A stretch of DNA of 64,000 nt from Candidatus Zhuqueibacterota bacterium. GTDB lineage: Bacteria; Zhuqueibacterota; Zhuqueibacteria; Residuimicrobiales; Oceaniaggregativiventaceae. The notes beneath the pieces were generated by a model. That model saw nothing but the letters and a program-made list of their open reading frames with translations, was not told the DNA's origin and ran no database searches. Shown here piece after piece: positions 38,244 to 45,848 of the stretch. Within the stretch, counting starts at the first letter, position 1, and each line of letters begins with the position of its first letter. The DNA is taken from the NCBI GenBank assembly GCA_016929055.1, contig JAFGJN010000041.1:10731-74730 (forward strand), read 5' to 3'. Position numbers and translations under genes: made by a program.

Positions 38244-40769
38244 ATGAAACGCTGCTTTGTCCGGGTTGTTATGGTTCTTTTAGCATCCGTGGCTGTCCTT
38301 TATGCTGAGCCGAATCTTTTGCACATGCCCCCGCCTCAGATTTTCAGCGGCCACGATGCCAAACTGCAATTTACTGTAGAGCCGCTCGGAACTCGCCTTA
38401 TATTTGCCCAACTTTATTACCGGCGAGCGGGTGACAACAACTTTCAAGAAATCCCCTTTTCTCCGCAAGGTAATGGTTGGGCGGCCCTAATTCCCGCAGG
38501 CGATGTGACCGGTGTTGGGGTGGAATATTTTATATCCGCCCTTTTGATTGATGACATCGTTCTCACGTACCCTGTTTACAATCCCTACAAAGAACCTCAG
38601 CGGCTGGATGTTCTGCCGGCTCCCGTCAAGCCGGAAATACAACAAGTTAAATCGGCCGCCGCGATGCCCACGTCAATGGTCGAACCAGAGAAAACGGCAG
38701 AACCGGCCATCGCGGCTACTCCAGCCGATTCCATCGATTGGCCCCAGACGGATGATGAAATCATCATTCTTTCTCCAGACGATCACGCCGCGATGCCAGC
38801 CGCAGACCTTCTTTTTGCCGCCTCTATCAATCGAGATGAGCCAATCGATTCAAATAACGTCAAACTGTTTCTCGACGGCCAGGAAATCAGCGACGGCCTC
38901 GAGATATCGGAATATATCGTTTCCTATGTTCCGAAATCCATCCCGGCAGGAAACCATTGGTTTAAATTGGTCTTGCAGCGATCCGCACAACCGTCGCTCT
39001 CTCGAGTGGTCCATTTTAGCGTTCAAAGCGAGGAGAAACCGCTTTCAATTCCGGCCACTTTCTCTTCCTCGTTTTTCGCTGAAGCGCGTTCCGAAGAAAT
39101 CAGCAACAGGGAAGAATCCTTTGCTTTTGCCGGCGGCAGATTCGACGGGCAAACCGGTTCTCTTTCCTACAGCGGCCGTCTGTTGTTCACTTCGCTCGAA
39201 AAAAGTACTTTCCAACCACGCAACCGATATACTTTTTCCGTGGGGACAAAGTGGTTGGGGCTGAGCGCCGGCGATACCTATCCTCGATACAACGATTTGA
39301 TTCTCTGGGGCAAACGGGTTCGAGGAGTTTCGGGATATCTGCGCCTCGGTTTTTTCAACCTCGAAGCGACCTATGGAGAAATTCGACGCGCCGTGCAAGG
39401 CGACAGCCTACAACTGAGAAGGGGGACATTCGGCCGCAAAACACTGGCAATCCGGCCGAGTTTCGGCAGTGGTCAAAAATTCCAGCTGGGGTTGACCCTG
39501 GTCAAAACCCGCGATGACACCAGTTCCATCACCTATGGTCAAAATCCGCATGACAATCTCGTTTTCGGACCTGACCTCCGACTGTCGTTCGATCGCGGGC
39601 GCTTTGTCCTCACTGCATCCGGGGCGATGAGCCTTTCCACTCGAAATATCCAAGGAGGCGCGATCGATGCAGAGCAAATAAGCGAAGCGCTTGGACAAAA
39701 AGTCGATCTGCCCGTTGATCCGCAGGATTTGAGCCGATATCTTATCATTAACGACAGCACCTTTCCTATCGATCCTCGTGGTGGGAGCTCTGTGGCATGG
39801 GACGTCTCCCTGCGCCTGAATTATTACCGCAACCTCTTGCGAATCGGCTACAAATCGATCGGTTCAGAGTATTTGTCCCTGACAAACGATTGGATCCGCA
39901 CGGATGTCCAGGGACTTTATTTTTCCGATCGAATGCGCTTGTTTTCCAACAAGCTTTATCTTACATTGGGGTATGAAAATTATCAGGATAATTATTCACG
40001 CCAGGACGCAAATCCTTCGGTCGATCTCAAGACGTTTAACTATAGTCTGAGCTGGTTTCCGGGAAGCGGACTACCCCACGTCACGGCGAGTTTACGCACG
40101 CATTACCGAGACAACGGCCTTCCCGAAGATAGTCTGACGACGATCAACCGCAATTTGGGCAGTGACGGAGATTCGACTTATGTGCTGGATTATCGCGACA
40201 ACCAGCTGCACCGCGATCTGTCTCTAACCATCGGTTATGACCTGAATATTTGGGAACGGGATCATACGCTGCAGTTCAGTCTGTTGACCTATAACATGCA
40301 GGATCGCTACAAGCCGACGCGTCCGGCTGGATACAGTTCACTCGAATTCAGCAGCAATCTCTGGATGGTTTCCTGGACGTCGAATATTCGCCAGGACTTG
40401 CGCACATCCTGGCAATTCGCCTCTACGCGCAACCAGACGGGAGAGGATTCCGACTATCGCTATCGCATCATCGGTGGTCTGGCGGAATGGGAGCTAAACC
40501 AACGCCGGTTTGGCGCATTGGCGGAAATTCGACATACCACTATGGAAAATCGGTATTTGACCGTCATCGAGAACGACAATTCTGCCGAGGTCTCGGCCGA
40601 TGTTTTTCGCACCCTGTTTCGCTTCGGTGGATGGTATCAAATTCGATCGGGAATGCGGCTGACATTGGATGCCAATTTCTTTTCGATCAAACAAAAGAAC
40701 GACTTTTATCCCACACCAAAAGGTTATACCGATCGCATCATCAGATTGCGCTATGAAAAGCTTTATTAA
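38244..40769 (+). CDS. Large secreted protein with C-terminal outer-membrane beta-barrel-like region (function unknown)
   Basis: Signal peptide MKRCFVRVVMVLLASVAVLYA. The N-terminal domain is followed by an Ala/Pro-rich low-complexity linker. The C-terminal about 500 aa has alternating hydrophobic/polar strand periodicity and a terminal aromatic (...RLRYEKLY). It overlaps the downstream cyclase gene by 17 nt. Confidence 0.5.
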   Translation: MKRCFVRVVMVLLASVAVLYAEPNLLHMPPPQIFSGHDAKLQFTVEPLGTRLIFAQLYYRRAGDNNFQEIPFSPQGNGWAALIPAGDVTGVGVEYFISALLIDDIVLTYPVYNPYKEPQRLDVLPAPVKPEIQQVKSAAAMPTSMVEPEKTAEPAIAATPADSIDWPQTDDEIIILSPDDHAAMPAADLLFAASINRDEPIDSNNVKLFLDGQEISDGLEISEYIVSYVPKSIPAGNHWFKLVLQRSAQPSLSRVVHFSVQSEEKPLSIPATFSSSFFAEARSEEISNREESFAFAGGRFDGQTGSLSYSGRLLFTSLEKSTFQPRNRYTFSVGTKWLGLSAGDTYPRYNDLILWGKRVRGVSGYLRLGFFNLEATYGEIRRAVQGDSLQLRRGTFGRKTLAIRPSFGSGQKFQLGLTLVKTRDDTSSITYGQNPHDNLVFGPDLRLSFDRGRFVLTASGAMSLSTRNIQGGAIDAEQISEALGQKVDLPVDPQDLSRYLIINDSTFPIDPRGGSSVAWDVSLRLNYYRNLLRIGYKSIGSEYLSLTNDWIRTDVQGLYFSDRMRLFSNKLYLTLGYENYQDNYSRQDANPSVDLKTFNYSLSWFPGSGLPHVTASLRTHYRDNGLPEDSLTTINRNLGSDGDSTYVLDYRDNQLHRDLSLTIGYDLNIWERDHTLQFSLLTYNMQDRYKPTRPAGYSSLEFSSNLWMVSWTSNIRQDLRTSWQFASTRNQTGEDSDYRYRIIGGLAEWELNQRRFGALAEIRHTTMENRYLTVIENDNSAEVSADVFRTLFRFGGWYQIRSGMRLTLDANFFSIKQKNDFYPTPKGYTDRIIRLRYEKLY

Positions 40770-42858
40770 ATCGGTCAAAGGACTTGCTGTTCTTATAACC
40801 TTCGCCGCCTTTGTGCTGGCAATGCTTGTCTCGTCTTTTACTCTGGTGCAGAACATGCACCTCAAAATCGTCGACACCTTTTTCAGCCTTCGGGGACCGC
40901 TGGTTCCGTCTGATTCCTCCATTGTGGTTATCACGATCGACGATGAAGCCTTAAAGAGTCTGCCAAGTAAATATCCCTTTCCTACTCTGTATTATTCTCG
41001 CCTGGTAAACAATCTTGATCGCGCTGGTGCGCGTCTGATCATCTTTGATATCGAATTCACCGAAGCCAATAGCCTGAACCCAGAATCCGATCTGGAATTT
41101 GCGCGCCGTATTCGAGAGGCCGGCAACGTGATTCTAGCCGGCAAAGTCGTATTCGATGTCGGCAGTTATGGGATACAAAATTTTCATCTTTTGGAACCAA
41201 TTGCCCCTCTCCTGCGCAGTGGAGCGGGTTGGGGATTGGTCAATACGATTGAAGATGCCGATGGTTTTATCCGCCAGTATCTGCTCTTTCACCAGGTCAA
41301 CGAAAAAACCTACTATCCACTAGCAGTCAAAGCTTTGGAACACCTGCAAGGACGGTCGATTCCTGCTCAGGATCCCTACCTACGCCAGTTTCGCACCGGC
41401 TTGTTTACGGTGCCCAAAGCATCTGCCAATTCGTTTTTTATCAATTACCGCGGACCGGTCCGCACGTTTCCCGTCTATTCGCTCGCCCATGTTTTGGATG
41501 ATTCCACTTTTGATTTGCTCGAGGATGACGACACGGATATTTTCGATTTACATCTCGAGTGGGATACGTTTCGTGACAAGATCGTGCTTATCGGTGCTTC
41601 AGCCGAAGAACTGCAGGATAACAAATACACACCTTTTTATCATCACAACGACATCAAGCGAAAAATGCCGGGAGTGGAAATGCATGCGCACGCTCTCAGC
41701 ACCTTGTTAGACCGGGATTTTCTGCGCATGGTTCCTCGCTCGATTTCGATCTCCGCCTGGCTATTCCTCGCCATCTTGACAGCCTTTGTCACGTTGTTGC
41801 TGCGTCCCTTCAAAGCACTGGCGGTGATGGTCTGTGTGTCGCTTTTTCTGCTCTTTGGAGCCTTTTTTCTCTTTAGCGAAATAGGGTGGATTGTCAATCT
41901 CACGCAACCCCTGTTGGTTGTGGTCTTGATTTTTTTCTTCAACACTCTGTACCAAATCGTTCAGGAACAAAAAGAGAAAAATCGAATCCGTCAAACTTTT
42001 CAGCAATACGTCGCACCGTCGATCGTAAATAAAATGCTGAGTACGGGTGAACTCCCTGCCTATGGCGGAGAGCGCAGAGAGCTGACCATGCTTTTTTCCG
42101 ATATTCGAAAATTCAGCAGCTTTTCAGAAAACCACGAGCCAGAATATGTTGTCAACCGCTTGTCCGAGTATCTATCGGCGATGGTTGAAATCATCTTTAA
42201 GCACAATGGTACCTTGGATAAATTTATTGGCGATGAAATCATGGCTCTGTTCGGAGCTCCCTATAGTTTTGCGGATCACGCGGAACGAGCATGTATTGCG
42301 GCATTGGAAATGGTCAAAAAATTGGAATTTTTGAAAAAGGAAAAGAACGACGGCGGAAACAGCTTGTTTCAAATCGGCATCGGCATCAACACCGGAAAAG
42401 TTATTGTCGGAAATCTCGGCTCAAGTCAATTATTTGACTATACGGTGATCGGCGATCACGTCAATATTGGCGCGCGCCTGGAAGGCGTCAATAAGGAATA
42501 CAAGACAACGATTATTCTCAGCGAGCATACATGGGATGCGGTGCGAAAATCTGCCATAGTTCGGGAATTGGATATGGTCCGAGTTATGGGTCGAAACAAA
42601 CCGCTGCGCATCTATGAATTGCTGGGCATGGAATCGGTTTCTCAAATGCAAAAAGATTATCTCATCGATCTATTTGGTGAAGGATTGAGCGCTTACCGAG
42701 ATCGCCGTTGGTCGGATGCGATCAAAATTTTTCATCGCATCCTGCGCTATTACCCGGCTGATGGTCCGGCACGTGTTTTTACGATTCGGTGTTTGAATTA
42801 TCTCGAAAAGGCCCCCTCTGAAGAATGGGATGGGGTTTTTGAACTGCAGCAAAAATAA
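40753..42858 (+). CDS. CHASE2 sensor domain-containing adenylate/guanylate cyclase (class III)
   Basis: N-terminal TM, a periplasmic CHASE2-like region, then three TM helices. The class III cyclase catalytic domain has FSDIRKFSS, KFIGDEIMALFGAP and VIVGNLGSSQLFDYTVIGDHVNIGARLEG. Confidence 0.85.
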   Translation: MKSFIKSVKGLAVLITFAAFVLAMLVSSFTLVQNMHLKIVDTFFSLRGPLVPSDSSIVVITIDDEALKSLPSKYPFPTLYYSRLVNNLDRAGARLIIFDIEFTEANSLNPESDLEFARRIREAGNVILAGKVVFDVGSYGIQNFHLLEPIAPLLRSGAGWGLVNTIEDADGFIRQYLLFHQVNEKTYYPLAVKALEHLQGRSIPAQDPYLRQFRTGLFTVPKASANSFFINYRGPVRTFPVYSLAHVLDDSTFDLLEDDDTDIFDLHLEWDTFRDKIVLIGASAEELQDNKYTPFYHHNDIKRKMPGVEMHAHALSTLLDRDFLRMVPRSISISAWLFLAILTAFVTLLLRPFKALAVMVCVSLFLLFGAFFLFSEIGWIVNLTQPLLVVVLIFFFNTLYQIVQEQKEKNRIRQTFQQYVAPSIVNKMLSTGELPAYGGERRELTMLFSDIRKFSSFSENHEPEYVVNRLSEYLSAMVEIIFKHNGTLDKFIGDEIMALFGAPYSFADHAERACIAALEMVKKLEFLKKEKNDGGNSLFQIGIGINTGKVIVGNLGSSQLFDYTVIGDHVNIGARLEGVNKEYKTTIILSEHTWDAVRKSAIVRELDMVRVMGRNKPLRIYELLGMESVSQMQKDYLIDLFGEGLSAYRDRRWSDAIKIFHRILRYYPADGPARVFTIRCLNYLEKAPSEEWDGVFELQQK

Positions 42859-42873
42859 AAAAGCGAGGGTGCC

Positions 42874-43056
42874 ATGCAGGATGAAAAACAGGATCGCGAT
42901 GAACCGGTAACTGGCGAATACAAGGGGAATCCGGTGATCACTCTGAATCCAAACAGCCGCTATCCGTTTACTTTTGGTTTGGCAAAGGCAAAAATGATCA
43001 TCGATTATCTGGAGGAGATCCGTAACTTTGTTCAAGAGCATGACAAGAACGTATAA
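42874..43056 (+). CDS. Small conserved-looking protein (60 aa), function unknown
   Basis: ATG 5 nt after GAGGGTG. It lies 15 nt downstream of the cyclase stop and immediately before a canonical intrinsic terminator, placing it as the last gene of the operon. Confidence 0.45.
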   Translation: MQDEKQDRDEPVTGEYKGNPVITLNPNSRYPFTFGLAKAKMIIDYLEEIRNFVQEHDKNV

Positions 43057-43084
43057 AAAAAAACCGGCGAATGCCGGTTTTTTT
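43057..43084. terminator. Bidirectional rho-independent terminator
   Basis: AAAAAAA-CCGGC-GAAT-GCCGG-TTTTTTT: a 5-bp GC stem with a 4-nt loop, an A-run on one side and a T-run on the other. It terminates the + operon ending at 43056 and the - gene ending at 43090. Confidence 0.8.
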
Positions 43085-43089
43085 AACTT

Positions 43090-44397
43090 TTATCCGATAC
43101 GTTGCAACCATTCGCGTGCTTTCTCCACGTATTCGCTCTGCGGGTAGTCATCGATCACACCCTGGAAATAGCTTCGGGCACGCGCTGTATCGCCAAGTTT
43201 GAGATAAGTTCGACCAAGCATAAGTGTTGCATCGTCTTTTTTGTAAGAAAACTCGTAATTAAATACATTCTGAAAAGCTTGTGCCGCGTTTTCATATTGT
43301 CCCATTCCGAAATAGGCCTCACCGATCCAGTACTGGCTATTGCTTGAGAGCTTGTGATTGGGCAACCGTTCCTTGAGCTGATCCCATACCTGAATCGCCT
43401 GAGCATAATCCCGCGAGTAAAAAAGGCGCAATGCCTGTTCATAATCAGCTGAAAATTCGCCGCTGGTCGCCGTGACAGCAGACGAAACGGTGGACACGTT
43501 TGATTCCAGCTGAGCGATACGGTTGTTTTTTAGGACCAGATTGGAGCGCAGGTCCTGCAGTTCGCTGTTTTTGTTCTCAATCTGCCGATTGAGCTCATCG
43601 ACGCGGGATTTGAGCCGCACATAATGTTCCATGGTAAAATTGGTTTCTTCGCGCTCGAGATTGTCGATCTTGGTTTCAAAGATCTGCAAATTGTCCTGGG
43701 GCTTTTGTGTGTCGCTGGGCTCATCATCGAGCTGTGTCAAATCCAGCGGCTCGAGCGCCAAAAGATCTTCGTCTGGCTTTCGGTCGGCCGGACCGTCACC
43801 CATATAAAAAGTCAAACCCATACGGGTATTCAAATAACCATCTTTGTAATCTCCGGATTCAGCACCATCCAGGGCATCGCCGGTGGAAAAACGATAATCA
43901 GTAAAAATATTCAGTGCAGTCTTGCGGTTGATCATGTATTCCAAACCGCCACCGTAAATAAATGAACCATCAAAAAAACGCTTGCCCTCATTGGCTGGAG
44001 ACCCGATTGCGTATGGCTTTTCTCTTGTATACTCGAAATTGACCACACCGATTCCGAGTAAAATATAGGGGTTGATTTGTCCGGGCTTAAAAAGATTGAT
44101 ATTGGCTTTCAAATCAGCTGCGAGGAGATTGGTTTGAAACGTTTTTTCGACAAAACCGTCATTGAGCAGACCATAACCAAGAGATACAGACAAATTGAAG
44201 CGAGGACTGAGGATAAAACGGGCCATTGCTTCTGCAGCTAATCCGGCGCCGGTATGCGGTACATCGCAGTAAGGTTTTTGGAAACCAACGTTGAAACCGA
44301 TTCCCATCTTGGAGGGATTTTCGGAATAAATCTGCGCCCCCAGAGTGCCGCTGAAAAGCAAAAGGCCGAAAACTAGGATGCGTAATCGATTCATCAT
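43090..44397 (-). CDS. Fusion-type envelope protein: N-terminal OmpA-like beta-barrel domain, central coiled coil, C-terminal YbgF/CpoB-like TPR domain
   Basis: Signal peptide MMNRLRILVFGLLLFSGTLGAQ. The barrel region has the alternating pattern ...GFNVGF..., YILLGIGVVNFEY and TFYMGDG. The coiled-coil segment is LQIFETKIDNLEREE...LQDLRSNLVLKNNRIAQLESN. The C-terminus YEQALRLFYSRDYAQAIQVWDQL...SQYWIGEAYFGMGQYENAAQAFQNV...YPQSEYVEKAREWL matches the YbgF TPR repeat pattern. Confidence 0.6.
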   Translation of the reverse strand: MMNRLRILVFGLLLFSGTLGAQIYSENPSKMGIGFNVGFQKPYCDVPHTGAGLAAEAMARFILSPRFNLSVSLGYGLLNDGFVEKTFQTNLLAADLKANINLFKPGQINPYILLGIGVVNFEYTREKPYAIGSPANEGKRFFDGSFIYGGGLEYMINRKTALNIFTDYRFSTGDALDGAESGDYKDGYLNTRMGLTFYMGDGPADRKPDEDLLALEPLDLTQLDDEPSDTQKPQDNLQIFETKIDNLEREETNFTMEHYVRLKSRVDELNRQIENKNSELQDLRSNLVLKNNRIAQLESNVSTVSSAVTATSGEFSADYEQALRLFYSRDYAQAIQVWDQLKERLPNHKLSSNSQYWIGEAYFGMGQYENAAQAFQNVFNYEFSYKKDDATLMLGRTYLKLGDTARARSYFQGVIDDYPQSEYVEKAREWLQRIG

Positions 44398-44527
44398 TTT
44401 ATTCTCCCGTACAGGCCCTCGGCAATTGTGAATAAGCAACCGGGAAATGCCGAACTCCCCGTTGTGTACATCGCGTCAATCCGAATCCGTAGAATAGAAA
44501 TTTGTTTATTAAACCTTTCGTTCCTGG

Positions 44528-45058
44528 TCACCCCTCTCCGCCTTGATGTGAGGCTTCCCGCGGCAAAATCTGATCAAGCGTCATGTTTTGACCGGCATGA
44601 AGATTGTAAGCATCGAGCAACAAACGAATTTCCTGGATTATTTTTTCAATATGTTGGTTGCCCGCTCTCTGATGCATCGCTCGCCGCAATGTGATCAATT
44701 TTTCACCAAGCTTTTCGAAATAGTAGGTGCTCAGCGAAGTGTCTATCAAATGTTTTACCTGTTGATCGATGATTTGTCTCTTAGAGATCACATCTTTAAT
44801 CGTTCCCTGGAGCATTTGATAACTGTTGGTAGGGGGCAAACTCTCCTCCACCCCCAAATAGAGCAGATATACCGTTTCATCATCAACCGATGAAGGCGAC
44901 TTTTGAAGATCAAATTGTTTGACGATGAATGTTTCAACTTGACGCAATTCTTCTTTTTCTGCACGACGGTGAGTAGTAAAATGAATAATGCGTTTGCCTT
45001 GCGATTGACAGATTCGTACCACCAAATCGAGCGATGAGAAATAGTAAATATTTTTCAT
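44528..45058 (-). CDS. Hypothetical cytoplasmic protein (176 aa)
   Basis: ORF with plausible codon usage. There is no signal peptide or recognisable motif. It is followed upstream by a 790-bp ORF-poor region. Confidence 0.4.
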   Translation of the reverse strand: MKNIYYFSSLDLVVRICQSQGKRIIHFTTHRRAEKEELRQVETFIVKQFDLQKSPSSVDDETVYLLYLGVEESLPPTNSYQMLQGTIKDVISKRQIIDQQVKHLIDTSLSTYYFEKLGEKLITLRRAMHQRAGNQHIEKIIQEIRLLLDAYNLHAGQNMTLDQILPREASHQGGEG

Positions 45059-45704
45059 GCGATCACCCTCTGCTCAAGATGCTTTACCTTTTTATGACCG
45101 CAATTTTTGTGCCACTTTTTAAGGCCGATCTCGACAAATCTGTTGCCATCTTGCTCGTATCGTTCGTTTGATTACTGATAAAAATGATTGTTTTATCGTG
45201 AGTTAAAAGTCGCAAGCTGCCTGCGAAATCTCTGGCTCGAAAGGATTGTTTTTCGTGTTCGCAGTTTTTTTGTTCCCCGCTGTTGCATTTGTATTCATGT
45301 GTAACACATTTGTCATATTATTCGTGCCCGGTCTAACGACCGGACACCCGTGTTGTCAGATATTACCAAAATCAAGTGTCAACAGAATTGAACCACTGAT
45401 CATATTGCTTGTTTTGCACTACGCCAAATAAACTGGGAACCTGGTTGTCAACATATCGAATTGATTTTATAGAGGATTTGGCCATTTGCGCCACAGCCGA
45501 CATGTACCCGGATTCGGTACGAAGCACCGAATCCCAAACAAATACAATACGATATTTTCACCAATCTAGTGGAAATGATGAATGTTGCAAACTCATTAAA
45601 ATACTAACCTTTGTATTCTGTCAACACAGAATCCGGGATGTATTAAAAGAGCTGCTAAACTGAACAAACAGATAGAATTATGTCAATTATTTGAAGATAG
45701 AAAT

Positions 45705-45732
45705 AAAAAAGCGCTTTGTCAAGCGCTTTTTG
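45705..45732. terminator. Bidirectional rho-independent terminator
   Basis: AAAAAA-GCGCTT-TGTC-AAGCGC-TTTTTG. On the minus strand the hairpin is followed by TTTTTTATTT, and it lies 117 nt downstream of the metalloprotease stop at 45849. Confidence 0.75.
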
Positions 45733-45848
45733 TTCAAATATTGCACACTCGTTCACCACAAAAGCAACACTGGGTGTGGCAGAACAGAATAGCGTAACTA
45801 TAGGTTATGGCTGTCCCACATTTGGACATCACAGCAGCGGTATAAATA

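Noticed and set aside
45059-45700. RNase P RNA, tmRNA or SRP RNA in the ORF-poor region
   Set aside because: The characteristic conserved boxes (AGGAAAGUCCGGGCU-like P4 region, tmRNA GGUUCGA...CCA end, SRP GGAAGCAG domain) were not seen. The possibility of another sRNA remains, and it is listed as a finding.
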